A stretch of 64,000 nt of DNA from the human T2T-CHM13v2.0 reference genome, Homo sapiens (GCF_009914755.1 NC_060935.1); one strand, 5' to 3'. Positions 43,400 through 58,419 are shown, counted from the stretch's first letter. The notes: generated by a model from the letters alone, not told the origin. Made by a program: numbers and translations.

Positions 43400-46300
43400 G
43401 ATTTGGACTGCTTTGAGGCCTACTGTAGTAAAGGAAATAACTTCATCTAAAAACCAAACGGAAGCATTCACAGACAATTCTTAGTGATCATTGCATTGAA
43501 CTAACAGAGCTGAACATTCCTTTAGATGGCGCAGTTTCCAAACACACTTTCTGTAGAATCTGCAAGTGGATATTTGGACTTCTCTGAGGATTTCGTTGGA
43601 AACGGGATAAACTTCCCAGAACTACACGGAAGCATTGTGAGAAACTTCTTTGTGATGTTTGCATTCAACTCACAGAGTTGAAACTTGCTTTCATAGTTCA
43701 GCTTTCAAACACTCTTTTTGTAGAATCTGCAAGTGGATATTTGGACCACTTTATGGCCTTCCTTCGAAACGGGTATATCTTCACATCAAACCTAGACATA
43801 AGCATTCTCAGAATGTTTCCTGTGAAGACTGCATTCAACTCACAGAGATGAACAATCCTGTTGATGGAGCACTTTGGAAACTCTCTTTCTTTGGATTCTG
43901 CAAGTTGATATGTGGACCTCTGTGAAGATTTCGTTGGAAACGGGTTCATCTTCACAGAAAAACTAAACAGAAGCATTCTCAAAAACTACTTTGTGATGTT
44001 TGTGTTCCACTTCAAGAATTGAACTTTCCTCTTGACAGAGCAGTTCTGAAAACCTCTTTTTCTAGAATCTGCAAGTGGACATTTGGAGGGCTTTGAGGCC
44101 TGTGGTGGAAAAGGAAAATCTTCACATAAAAACTAGATGGAAGCATTCTCAGAAACTACTTTGTGATGATTGCATTCGACTCACAGAGTTGAACATTCCT
44201 ATAGATAGAGCAGGTTGTAAACAATCTTTTTGTAGAATCTGCGATTGGAGATTCGGACTGCTTTGAGGCCTACTGTAGTAAAGGAAATAACTTCATCTAA
44301 AAACCAAACGGAAGCATTCACAGACAATTCTTAGTGATCATTGCATTGAACTAACAGAGCTGAACATTCCTTTACATGGCGCAGTTTCCAAACACACTTT
44401 CTGTAGAATCTGCAAGTGGATATTTGGACCTCTCTGAGGATTTCGTTGGAAACGGGATAAACTTCCCAGAACTACACGGAAGCATGCTGAGAAACTTCTT
44501 TGTGATGTTTGCATTCAACTCACAGAGTTGAACCTTGCTTTCATAGTTCAGCTTTCAAACACTTTTTTTGTAGAATCTGCAAGTGGATATTTGGACCACT
44601 TTGTGGCCTTCCTTCGAAACGGGTATATCTTCACATCAAACCTAGACAGAAGCATTCTCAGAATGTTTCCTGTGATGACTGCATTCAACTCACAGAGGTG
44701 AACAATCCTGCTGATGGAGGAGTTTTGAAACTCTCTTTCTTTGGATTCTGCAAGTGGATATGTGGACCTCTGTGAAGATTTCGTTGGAAACGGGTTCATC
44801 TTCACAGAAAAACTAAACAGAAGCATTCTCAGAAACTGCTTTGTGATGTTTGTGTTCCACTTCAGGAATTGAACTTTCCTCTTGACAGAGCAGCTCTGAA
44901 ACCCTCTTATTCTAGAATCTGCAAGTGGACATTTGGAGGGCTTTGAGGCCTGTGGTGGAAAAGGAAAATCTTCACATAAAAACTAGATGGAAGCATTCTC
45001 AGAAACTACTTTGTGATGATTGCATTCGACTCACAGAGTTGAACATTCCTATAGATAGAGCAGGTTGTAAACAATCTTTTTCTAGAATCTGCTATTGGAG
45101 ATTTGGACTCCTTTGAGGCCTACTGTAGTAAAGGAAATAACTTCATCTAAAAACCAAACGGAAGCATTCACAGACAATTCTCAGGATCATTGGATTGAAC
45201 TAACAGAGCTGAACATTCCTTTAGATGGAGCAGTTTCCAAACACACTTTCTGTAGAATCTGCAAGTGGATATTTGGACTTCTCTGAGAATTTCGTTGGAA
45301 AAGGGATAAACTTCCCAGAACTACACGGAAGCATTGTGAGAAACTTCTTTGTGATGTTTGCATTCAACTCACAGAGTTGAACCTTGCTTTCATAGTTCAG
45401 CTTTCAAACACTCTTTTTGTAGAATCTGCAAGTGGATATTTGGACCACTTTGTGGCCTTCCTTCGAAACGGGTATATCTTCACATCAAACCTAGACAGAA
45501 GCATTCTCAGAATGTTTCCTGTGATGACTGCATTCAACTCACAGAGGTGAACAATCCTGTTGATGGAGCACTTTTGAAACTCTCTTTCTTTGGATTCTGC
45601 AAGTTGATATGTGGACCTCTGTGAAGATTTCGTTGGAAACGGGTTCATCTTCACAGAAAAACTAAACAGAAGCATTCTCAGAAACTACTTTGTGATGTTT
45701 GTGTTCCACTTCAAGAATTGAACTTTCCTCTTGACAGAGCAGCTCTGAAACCCTCTTTTTCTAGAATCTGCAAGTGGACATTTGGAGGGCTTTGAGGCCT
45801 GTGGTGGAAAAGGAAAATCTTCACATAAAAACTAGATGGAAGCATTCTCAGAAACTACTTTGTGATGATTGCATTCGTCTCACAGAGTTGAACATTCCTA
45901 TAGTTAGAGCAGGTTGTAAACAATCTTTTTGTAGAATCTGCGATTGGAGATTTGGACTGCTTGGAGGCCTACTGTAGTAAAGTAAATAACTTCATCTAAA
46001 AACCAAACGGAAGCATTCACAGACAATTCTTAGTGATCATTGCATTGAACTAACAGAGCTGAACATTCCTTTAGATGGCGCAGTTTCCAAACACACTTTC
46101 TGTAGAATCTGCAAGTGGATATTTGGACCTCTCTGAGGATTTCGTTGGAAACGGGATAAACTTCCCAGAACTACACGGAAGCACTGTGAGAAAATTCTTT
46201 GTGATGTTTGCATTCAACTCACAGAGTTGAACCTTGCTTTCATAGTTCAGCTTTCAAACACTCTTTTTGTAGAATCTGCAAGTGGATATTTGGACCACTT

Positions 46301-49300
46301 TGTGGCCTTCCTTCGAAACGGGTATATCTTCCCATCAAACCTAGACAGAAGCATTCTCAGAATGTTTCCTGTGATGACTGCATTCAACTCACAGAGGTGA
46401 ACAATCCTGTTGATGGAGCACTTTTGAAACTCTCTTTCTTTGGATTCTGCAAGTTGATATGTGGACCTCTGTGAAGATTTCGTTGGAAACGGGTTCATCT
46501 TCACAGAAAAACTAAACAGAAGCATTCTCAGAAACTACTATGTGATGTTTGTGTTCCACTTCAAGAATTGAACTTTCCTCTTGACAGAGGAGCTCTGAAA
46601 CCCTCTTTTTCTAGAATCTGCAAGTGAACATTTGGAGGGCTTTGAGGCCTGTGGTGGAAAAGGAAAATCTTCACATAAAAACTAGATGGAAGCATTCTCA
46701 GAAACTACTTTGTGATGATTGCATTCGACTCACAGAGTTGAACATTCCTATAGATAGAGCAGGTTGTAAACAATCTTTTTGTAGAATCTGCGATTGGAGA
46801 TTTGGACTGCTTTGAGGCCTACTGTAGTAAAGGAAATAACTTCATCTAAAAACCAAACGGAAGCATTCACAGACAATTCTTAGTGATCATTGCATTGAAC
46901 TAACAGAGCTGAACATTCCTTTAGATGGCGCAGTTTCCAAACACACTTTCTGTAGAATCTGCAAGTGGATATTTGGACCTCTCTGAGGATTTCGTTAGAA
47001 AAGGGATAAACTTCCCAGAACTACACGGAAGCATGCTGAGAAACTTCTTTGTGATGTTTGCATTCAACTCACAGAGTTGAACCTTGCTTTCATAGTTCAG
47101 CTTTCAAACACTCTTTTTGTAGAATCTGCAAGTGGATATTTGGACCACTTTGTGGCCTTCCTTGAAACGGGTATATCTTCACATCAAACCTAGACAGAAG
47201 CATTCTCAGAATGTTTCCTGTGATGACTGCATTCAACTCACAGAGGTGAACAATCCTGCTGATGGAGCAGTTTTGAAACTCTCTTTCTTTGGATTCTGCA
47301 AGTGGATATGTGGACCTCTGTGAAGATTTCGTTGGAAACGGGTTCATCTTCACAGAAAAACTAAACAGAAGCATTCTCAGAAACTGCTTTGTGATGTTTG
47401 TGTTCCACTTCAGGAATTGAACTTTCCTCTTGACAGAGCAGCTCTGAAACCCTCTTATTCTAGAATCTGCAAGTGGACATTTGGAGGGCTTTGAGGCCTG
47501 TGGTGGAAAAGGAAAATCTTCACATAAAAACTAGATGGAAGCATTCTCAGAAACTACTTTGTGATGATTGCATTCGACTCACAGAGTTGAACATTCCTAT
47601 AGATAGAGCAGGTTGTAAACAATCTTTTTGTAGAAAATGCGATTGGAGATTTGGACTGCTTTGAGGCCTACTGTAGTAAAGGAAATAACTTCATCTAAAA
47701 ACCAAACGGAAGCATTCACAGACAATTCTTAGTGATCATTGCACTGAACTAACAGAGCTGAACATTCCTTTAGATGGAGCAGTTTCCAAACCCACTTTCT
47801 GTAGAATCTGCAAGTGGATATTTGGACTTCTCTGAGGATTTCGTGGGAAACGGGATAAACTTCCCAGAACTACACGGAAGCATTGTGAGAAACTTCTTTG
47901 TGATGTTTGCATTCAACTCACAGAGTTGAACCTTGCTTTCATAGTTCAGCTTTCAAACACTCTTTTTGTAGAATCTGCAAGTGGATATTTGGACCACTTT
48001 GTGGCCTTCCTTCGAAACGGGTATATCTTCACATCAAACCTAGACAGAAGCATTCTCAGAATGTTTCCTGTGATGACTGCATTCAACTCACAGAGGTGAA
48101 CAATCCTGCTGATGGAGCAGTTTTGAAACTCTCTTTCTTTGGATTCTGCAAGTGGATATGTGGACCTCTGTGAAGATTTCGTTGGAAACGGGTTCATCTT
48201 CACAGAAAAACTAAACAGGAGCATTCTCAGAAACTGCTTTGTGATGTTTGTGTTCCACTTCAAGAATTGAACTTTCCTCTTGACAGAGCAGCTCTGAAAC
48301 CCTCTTTTACTAGAATCTGCAAGTGGACATTTGGAGGGCTTTGAGGCCTGTGGTGGAAAAGGAAAATCTTCACATAAAAACTAGATGGAAGCATTCTCAG
48401 AAACTACTTTGTGATGATTGCATTCGACTCACAGAGTTGAACATTCCTATAGATAGAGCAGGTTGTAAACAATCTTTTTGTAGAATCTGCGATTGGAGAT
48501 TTGGACTGCTTTGAGGCCTACTGTAGTAAAGGAAATAACTTCATCTAAAAACCAAACGGAAGCATTCACAGACAATTCTTAGTGATCATTGCATTGAACT
48601 AACAGAGCTGAACATTCCTTTAGATGGCGCAGTTTCCAAACACACTTTCTGTAGAATCTGCAAGTGGATATTTGGACTTCTCTGAGGATTTCGTTGGAAA
48701 CGGGATAAACTTCCCAGAACTACACGGAAGCATTGTGAGAAACTTCTTTGTGATGTTTGCATTCAACTCACAGAGTTGAAACTTGCTTTCATAGTTCAGC
48801 TTTCAAACACTCTTTTTGTAGAATCTGCAAGTGGATATTTGGACCACTTTATGGCCTTCCTTCGAAACGGGTATATCTTCACATCAAACCTAGACATAAG
48901 CATTCTCAGAATGTTTCCTGTGAAGACTGCATTCAACTCACAGAGATGAACAATCCTGTTGATGGAGCACTTTGGAAACTCTCTTTCTTTGGATTCTGCA
49001 AGTTGATATGTGGACCTCTGTGAAGATTTCGTTGGAAACGGGTTCATCTTCACAGAAAAACTAAACAGAAGCATTCTCAAAAACTACTTTGTGATGTTTG
49101 TGTTCCACTTCAAGAATTGAACTTTCCTCTTGACAGAGCAGTTCTGAAAACCTCTTTTTCTAGAATCTGCAAGTGGACATTTGGAGGGCTTTGAGGCCTG
49201 TGGTGGAAAAGGAAAATCTTCACATAAAAACTAGATGGAAGCATTCTCAGAAACTACTTTGTGATGATTGCATTCGACTCACAGAGTTGAACATTCCTAT

Positions 49301-52300
49301 AGATAGAGCAGGTTGTAAACAATCTTTTTGTAGAATCTGCGATTGGAGATTCGGACTGCTTTGAGGCCTACTGTAGTAAAGGAAATAACTTCATCTAAAA
49401 ACCAAACGGAAGCATTCACAGACAATTCTTAGTGATCATTGCATTGAACTAACAGAGCTGAACATTCCTTTACATGGCGCAGTTTCCAAACACACTTTCT
49501 GTAGAATCTGCAAGTGGATATTTGGACCTCTCTGAGGATTTCGTTGGAAACGGGATAAACTTCCCAGAACTACACGGAAGCATGCTGAGAAACTTCTTTG
49601 TGATGTTTGCATTCAACTCACAGAGTTGAACCTTGCTTTCATAGTTCAGCTTTCAAACACTTTTTTTGTAGAATCTGCAAGTGGATATTTGGACCACTTT
49701 GTGGCCTTCCTTCGAAACGGGTATATCTTCACATCAAACCTAGACAGAAGCATTCTCAGAATGTTTCCTGTGATGACTGCATTCAACTCACAGAGGTGAA
49801 CAATCCTGCTGATGGAGGAGTTTTGAAACTCTCTTTCTTTGGATTCTGCAAGTGGATATGTGGACCTCTGTGAAGATTTCGTTGGAAACGGGTTCATCTT
49901 CACAGAAAAACTAAACAGAAGCATTCTCAGAAACTGCTTTGTGATGTTTGTGTTCCACTTCAGGAATTGAACTTTCCTCTTGACAGAGCAGCTCTGAAAC
50001 CCTCTTATTCTAGAATCTGCAAGTGGACATTTGGAGGGCTTTGAGGCCTGTGGTGGAAAAGGAAAATCTTCACATAAAAACTAGATGGAAGCATTCTCAG
50101 AAACTACTTTGTGATGATTGCATTCGACTCACAGAGTTGAACATTCCTATAGATAGAGCAGGTTGTAAACAATCTTTTTCTAGAATCTGCTATTGGAGAT
50201 TTGGACTCCTTTGAGGCCTACTGTAGTAAAGGAAATAACTTCATCTAAAAACCAAACGGAAGCATTCACAGACAATTCTCAGGATCATTGGATTGAACTA
50301 ACAGAGCTGAACATTCCTTTAGATGGAGCAGTTTCCAAACACACTTTCTGTAGAATCTGCAAGTGGATATTTGGACTTCTCTGAGAATTTCGTTGGAAAA
50401 GGGATAAACTTCCCAGAACTACACGGAAGCATTGTGAGAAACTTCTTTGTGATGTTTGCATTCAACTCACAGAGTTGAACCTTGCTTTCATAGTTCAGCT
50501 TTCAAACACTCTTTTTGTAGAATCTGCAAGTGGATATTTGGACCACTTTGTGGCCTTCCTTCGAAACGGGTATATCTTCACATCAAACCTAGACAGAAGC
50601 ATTCTCAGAATGTTTCCTGTGATGACTGCATTCAACTCACAGAGGTGAACAATCCTGTTGATGGAGCACTTTTGAAACTCTCTTTCTTTGGATTCTGCAA
50701 GTTGATATGTGGACCTCTGTGAAGATTTCGTTGGAAACGGGTTCATCTTCACAGAAAAACTAAACAGAAGCATTCTCAGAAACTACTTTGTGATGTTTGT
50801 GTTCCACTTCAAGAATTGAACTTTCCTCTTGACAGAGCAGCTCTGAAACCCTCTTTTTCTAGAATCTGCAAGTGGACATTTGGAGGGCTTTGAGGCCTGT
50901 GGTGGAAAAGGAAAATCTTCACATAAAAACTAGATGGAAGCATTCTCAGAAACTACTTTGTGATGATTGCATTCGTCTCACAGAGTTGAACATTCCTATA
51001 GTTAGAGCAGGTTGTAAACAATCTTTTTGTAGAATCTGCGATTGGAGATTTGGACTGCTTGGAGGCCTACTGTAGTAAAGTAAATAACTTCATCTAAAAA
51101 CCAAACGGAAGCATTCACAGACAATTCTTAGTGATCATTGCATTGAACTAACAGAGCTGAACATTCCTTTAGATGGCGCAGTTTCCAAACACACTTTCTG
51201 TAGAATCTGCAAGTGGATATTTGGACCTCTCTGAGGATTTCGTTGGAAACCGGATAAACTTCCCAGAACTACACGGAAGCACTGTGAGAAAATTCTTTGT
51301 GATGTTTGCATTCAACTCACAGAGTTGAACCTTGCTTTCATAGTTCAGCTTTCAAACACTCTTTTTGTAGAATCTGCAAGTGGATATTTGGACCACTTTG
51401 TGGCCTTCCTTCGAAACGGGTATATCTTCCCATCAAACCTAGACAGAAGCATTCTCAGAATGTTTCCTGTGATGACTGCATTCAACTCACAGAGGTGAAC
51501 AATCCTGTTGATGGAGCACTTTTGAAACTCTCTTTCTTTGGATTCTGCAAGTTGATATGTGGACCTCTGTGAAGATTTCGTTGGAAACGGGTTCATCTTC
51601 ACAGAAAAACTAAACAGAAGCATTCTCAGAAACTACTATGTGATGTTTGTGTTCCACTTCAAGAATTGAACTTTCCTCTTGACAGAGGAGCTCTGAAACC
51701 CTCTTTTTCTAGAATCTGCAAGTGAACATTTGGAGGGCTTTGAGGCCTGTGGTGGAAAAGGAAAATCTTCACATAAAAACTAGATGGAAGCATTCTCAGA
51801 AACTACTTTGTGATGATTGCATTCGACTCACAGAGTTGAACATTCCTATAGATAGAGCAGGTTGTAAACAATCTTTTTGTAGAATCTGCGATTGGAGATT
51901 TGGACTGCTTTGAGGCCTACTGTAGTAAAGGAAATAACTTCATCTAAAAACCAAACGGAAGCATTCACAGACAATTCTTAGTGATCATTGCATTGAACTA
52001 ACAGAGCTGAACATTCCTTTAGATGGCGCAGTTTCCAAACACACTTTCTGTAGAATCTGCAAGTGGATATTTGGACCTCTCTGAGGATTTCGTTAGAAAA
52101 GGGATAAACTTCCCAGAACTACACGGAAGCATGCTGAGAAACTTCTTTGTGATGTTTGCATTCAACTCACAGAGTTGAACCTTGCTTTCATAGTTCAGCT
52201 TTCAAACACTCTTTTTGTAGAATCTGCAAGTGGATATTTGGACCACTTTGTGGCCTTCCTTGAAACGGGTATATCTTCACATCAAACCTAGACAGAAGCA

Positions 52301-53420
52301 TTCTCAGAATGTTTCCTGTGATGACTGCATTCAACTCACAGAGGTGAACAATCCTGCTGATGGAGCAGTTTTGAAACTCTCTTTCTTTGGATTCTGCAAG
52401 TGGATATGTGGACCTCTGTGAAGATTTCGTTGGAAACGGGTTCATCTTCACAGAAAAACTAAACAGAAGCATTCTCAGAAACTGCTTTGTGATGTTTGTG
52501 TTCCACTTCAGGAATTGAACTTTCCTCTTGACAGAGCAGCTCTGAAACCCTCTTATTCTAGAATCTGCAAGTGGACATTTGGAGGGCTTTGAGGCCTGTG
52601 GTGGAAAAGGAAAATCTTCACATAAAAACTAGATGGAAGCATTCTCAGAAACTACTTTGTGATGATTGCATTCGACTCACAGAGTTGAACATTCCTATAG
52701 ATAGAGCAGGTTGTAAACAATCTTTTTGTAGAAAATGCGATTGGAGATTTGGACTGCTTTGAGGCCTACTGTAGTAAAGGAAATAACTTCATCTAAAAAC
52801 CAAACGGAAGCATTCACAGACAATTCTTAGTGATCATTGCACTGAACTAACAGAGCTGAACATTCCTTTAGATGGAGCAGTTTCCAAACCCACTTTCTGT
52901 AGAATCTGCAAGTGGATATTTGGACTTCTCTGAGGATTTCGTGGGAAACGGGATAAACTTCCCAGAACTACACGGAAGCATTGTGAGAAACTTCTTTGTG
53001 ATGTTTGCATTCAACTCACAGAGTTGAACCTTGCTTTCATAGTTCAGCTTTCAAACACTCTTTTTGTAGAATCTGCAAGTGGATATTTGGACCACTTTGT
53101 GGCCTTCCTTCGAAACGGGTATATCTTCACATCAAACCTAGACAGAAGCATTCTCAGAATGTTTCCTGTGATGACTGCATTCAACTCACAGAGGTGAACA
53201 ATCCTGCTGATGGAGCAGTTTTGAAACTCTCTTTCTTTGGATTCTGCAAGTGGATATGTGGACCTCTGTGAAGATTTCGTTGGAAACGGGTTCATCTTCA
53301 CAGAAAAACTAAACAGGAGCATTCTCAGAAACTGCTTTGTGATGTTTGTGTTCCACTTCAAGAATTGAACTTTCCTCTTGACAGAGCAGCTCTGAAACCC
53401 TCTTTTACTAGAATCTGCAA
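43400..53420 (+). repeat. Tandem 6-HOR (5098 bp) block duplication, HOR52-57 = HOR58-63
   Basis: Every variant ORF repeats at +5098 (43659/48757, 45095/50193, 45774/50872, 46624/51722, 47132/52230, 47473/52571). Each copy carries two 1-bp deletions. Confidence 0.92.
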
Positions 53421-56400
53421 GTGGACATTTGGAGGGCTTTGAGGCCTGTGGTGGAAAAGGAAAATCTTCACATAAAAACTTTATGGAAGCATTCTCAGAA
53501 ACTTCTTTGTGATGATTGCATTCGACTCACAGAGTTGAACATTCCTATATATAGAGCAGGTTGTAAACAATCTTTTTGTAGAATCTGCGATTGGAGATTT
53601 GGACTGCTTTGAGGCCTACTGTAGTAAAGGAAATTACTTCATCTAAAAACGAAACGGAAGCATTCACAGACAATTCTTAGTGATCATTGGATTGAACTAA
53701 CAGAGCTGAACACTCCTTTAGATGGAGCAGTTTCCAAACCCACTTTCTGTAGAATCTGCAAGTGGATATTTGGACTTCTCAGAGGATTTCGTTGGAAACG
53801 GGATAAACTTCCCAGAACTACACGGAAGCATTGTGAGAAACTTCTTTGTGATGTTTGCATTCAACTCACAGAGTTGAACCTTGTTTTCATAGTTCAGCTT
53901 TCAAACACTCTTTTTGTAGAATCTGCAAGTGGATATTTGGACCACTTTGTGGCCTTCCTTCGAAACGGGTATACCTTCACATCAAACCTAGACAGAAACA
54001 TTCTCAGAATGTTTCCTGTGATGACTGCATTCAACTCACAGAGGTGAACAATCCTGTTGATGGAGCACTTTTGAAACTCTCTTTCTTTGGATTCTGCAAG
54101 TTGATATGTGGACCTCTGTGAAGATTTCGTTGGAAACGGGTTCATCTTCACAGAAAAATTAAACAGAAGCATTCTCAGAAACTACTTTGTGATGTTTGTG
54201 TTCCACTTCAAGAATTGAACTTTCCTCTTGACAGAGCAGCTCTGAAACCCTCTTTTTCTAGAATCTGCAAGTGGACATTTGGAGGGCTTTGAGGCCTGTG
54301 GTGGAAAAGGAAAATCTTCACATAAAAACTAGATGGAAGCATTCTCCGAAACTACTTTGTGATGATTGCATTCGACTCACAGAGTTGAACATTCCTATAG
54401 ATAGAGCAGGTTGTAAACAATCTTTTTGTAGAATCTGCGATTGGAGATTTGGATTGCTTTGAGGCCTACTGTAGTAAGGGAAATAACTTCATCTAAAAAC
54501 CAAACGGAAGCATTCACAGAAAATTCTTAGTGATCATTGCATTGAACTAACAGAGGTGAACATTCCTTTAGATGGCGCAGTTTCCAAACACACTTTCTGT
54601 AGAATCTGCAAGTGGATATTTGGACCTCTCTGAGGATTTCGTTGGAAACGGGATAAACTTCCCAGAACTACACGGAAGCATTGTGAGAAACTTCTTTGTG
54701 ATGTTTGCATTCAACTCACAGAGTTGAACCTTGCTTTCATAGTTCAGCTTTCAAACACTCTTTTTGTAGAATCTGCAAGTGGATATTTGGACCACTTTGT
54801 GACCTTCCTTCGAAACGGGTATATCTTCACATCAAACCTAGACAGAAGCATTCTCAGAATGTTTCCTGTGATGACTGCATTCAACTCACCGAGGTCAACA
54901 ATCCTGCTGATGGAGCACTTTTGAAACTCTCTTTCTTTGGATTCTGCAAGTGGATATGTGGACCTCTGTGAAGATTTCGTTGGAAACGGGTTCATCTTCA
55001 CAGAAAAACTAAACAGGAGCATTCTCAGAAACTGCTTTGTGATGTTTGTGTTCCACTTTAAGAATTGAACTTTCCTCTTGACAGAGCAGCTCTGAAACCC
55101 TCTTTTTCTAGAATCTGCAAGTGGACATTTGGAGGGCTTTGAGGCCTGTGGTGGAAAAGGAAAATCTTCACATAAAAACTAGATGGAAGCATTCTCAGAA
55201 ACTACTTTGTGATGATTGCATTCGACGCACAGAGTTGAACATTCCTATAGATAGAGCAGGTTGTAAACAATCTTTTTGTAGAATCTGCGATTGGAGATTT
55301 GGACTGCTTTGAGGCCTACTGTAGTAAAGGAAATAACTTCATCTAAAAACCAAACGGAAGCATTCACAGACAATTCTTAGTGATCATTGCATTGAACTAA
55401 CAGAGCTGAACATTCCTTTAGATGGAGCAGTTTCCAAACCCACTTTCTGTAGAATCTTCAAGTGGATATTTGGACTTCTCTGAGGATTTCGTTGGAAACG
55501 GGATAAACTTCCCAGAACTACACGGAAGCATTGTGAGAAACTTCTTTGTGATGTTTGCATTCAACTCACAGAGTTGAACCTTGCTTTCATAGTTCAGCTT
55601 TCAAACACTCTTTTTGTAGAATCTGCAAGTGGATATTTGGAACACTTTGTGGCCTTCCTTCGAAACGGGTATATCTTCCCATCAAACCTAGACAGAAGCA
55701 TTCTCAGAATGTTTCCTGTGATGACTGCATTCAACTCACAGAGGTGAACAATCCTGTTGATGGAGCACTTTTGAAACTCTCTTTCTTTGGATTCTGCAAG
55801 TTGATATGTGGACCTCTGTGAAGATTTCGTTGGAAACGGGTTCATCTTCACAGAAAAACTAAACAGAAGCATTCTCAGAAACTACTTTGTGATGTTTGTG
55901 TTCCACTTCTAGAATTGAACTTTCCTCTTGACAGAGCAGCTCTGAAACCCTCTTTTTCTAGAATCTGCAAGTGGACATTTGGAGGGCTTTGAGGCCTGTG
56001 GTGGAAAAGGAAAATCTTCACATAAAAACTAGATGGAAGCATTCTCAGAAACTACTTTGTGATGATTGCATTCGACTCACAGAGTTGAACATTCCTATAG
56101 ATAGAGCAGGTTGTAAACAATCTTTTTGTAGAATCTGCGATTGGAGATTTGGACTGCTTTGAGGCCTACTGTAGTAAAGGAAATAACTTCATCTAAAAAC
56201 CAAACGGAAGCATTCACAGACAATTCTTAGTGATCATTGCATTGAACTAACAGAGCTGAACATTCCTTTAGATGGCGCAGTTTCCAAACACACTTTCTGT
56301 AGAATGTGCAAGTGGATATTTGGAGCTCTCTGAGGATTTCGTTGGAAACGGGATAAACTTCCCAGAACTACACGGAAGCATGCTGAGAAACTTCTTTGTG

Positions 56401-57739
56401 ATGTTTGCATTCAACTCACAGAGTTGAACCTTGCTTTCATAGTTCAGCTTTCAAACACTCTTTTTGTAGAATCTGCAAGTGGATATTTGGACCACTTTGT
56501 GGCCTTCCTTCGAAACGGGTATATCTTCACATCAAACCTAGACAGAAGCATTCTCAGAATGTTTCCTGTGATGACTGCATTCAACTCACAGAGGTGAACA
56601 ATCCTGCTGATGGAGCACTTTTGAAACTCTCTTTCTTTGGATTCTGCAAGTGGATATGTGGACCTCTGTGAAGATTTCGTTGGAAACGGGTTCATCTTCA
56701 CAGAAAAACTAAACAGAAGCATTCTCAGAAACTGCTTTGTGATGTTTGTGTTCCACTTCAGGAATTGAACTTTCCTCTTGACAGAGCAGCTCTGAAACCC
56801 TCTTATTCTAGAATCTGCAAGTGGACATTTGGAGGGCTTTGAGGCCTGTGGTGGAAAAGGAAAATCTTCACATAAAAACTAGATGGAAGCATTCTCAGAA
56901 CCTACTTTGTGATGATTGCATTCGACTCACAGAGTTGAACATTCCTATAGATAGAGCAGGTTGTAAACAATCTTTTTGTAGAATCTGCGATTGGAGATTT
57001 GGACTGCTTTGAGGCCTACTGTAGTAAAGGAAATAACTTCATCTAAAAACCAAACGGAAGCATTCACAGACAATTCTTAGTGATCATTGCATTGAACTAA
57101 CAGAGCTGAACATTCCTTTAGATGGCGCAGTTTCCAAACACACTTTCTGTAGAATCTGCAAGTGGATATTTGGACTTCTCTGAGGATTTCGTTGGAAACG
57201 GGATAAACTTCCCAGAACTACACGGAAGCATTGTGAGAAACTTCTTTGTGATGTTTGCATTCAACTCACAGAGTTGAAACTTGCTTTCATAGTTCAGCTT
57301 TCAAACACTCTTTTTGTAGAATCTGCAAGTGGATATTTGGACCACTTTATGGCCTTCCTTCGAAACGGGTATATCTTCACATCAAACCTAGACATAAGCA
57401 TTCTCAGAATGTTTCCTGTGAAGACTGCATTCAACTCACAGAGATGAACAATCCTGTTGATGGAGCACTTTGGAAACTCTCTTTCTTTGGATTCTGCAAG
57501 TTGATATGTGGACCTCTGTGAAGATTTCGTTGGAAACGGGTTCATCTTCACAGAAAAACTAAACAGAAGCATTCTCAAAAACTACTTTGTGATGTTTGTG
57601 TTCCACTTCAAGAATTGAACTTTCCTCTTGACAGAGCAGTTCTGAAAACCTCTTTTTCTAGAATCTGCAAGTGGACATTTGGAGGGCTTTGAGGCCTGTG
57701 GTGGAAAAGGAAAATCTTCACATAAAAACTAGATGGAAG

Positions 57740-58419
57740 CATTCTCAGAAACTACTTTGTGATGATTGCATTCGACTCACAGAGTTGAACATTCCTATAG
57801 ATAGAGCAGGTTGTAAACAATCTTTTTGTAGAATCTGCGATTGGAGATTCGGACTGCTTTGAGGCCTACTGTAGTAAAGGAAATAACTTCATCTAAAAAC
57901 CAAACGGAAGCATTCACAGACAATTCTTAGTGATCATTGCATTGAACTAACAGAGCTGAACATTCCTTTACATGGCGCAGTTTCCAAACACACTTTCTGT
58001 AGAATCTGCAAGTGGATATTTGGACCTCTCTGAGGATTTCGTTGGAAACGGGATAAACTTCCCAGAACTACACGGAAGCATGCTGAGAAACTTCTTTGTG
58101 ATGTTTGCATTCAACTCACAGAGTTGAACCTTGCTTTCATAGTTCAGCTTTCAAACACTCTTTTTGTAGAATCTGCAAGTGGATATTTGGACCACTTTGT
58201 GGCCTTCCTTCGAAACGGGTATATCTTCACATCAAACCTAGACAGAAGCATTCTCAGAATGTTTCCTGTGATGACTGCATTCAACTCACAGAGGTGAACA
58301 ATCCTGCTGATGGAGCAGTTTTGAAACTCTCTTTCTTTGGATTCTGCAAGTGGATATGTGGACCTCTGTGAAGATTTCGTTGGAAACGGGTTCATCTTCA
58401 CAGAAAAACTAAACAGAAG
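57740..58419 (+). repeat. Structural-variant 4-mer HOR (680 bp; W4-type monomer deleted), copy 2
   Basis: The same W3-to-W5 junction lies at 58419/58420. ORF spacing 58105 to 58785 is 680 bp. Confidence 0.95.
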
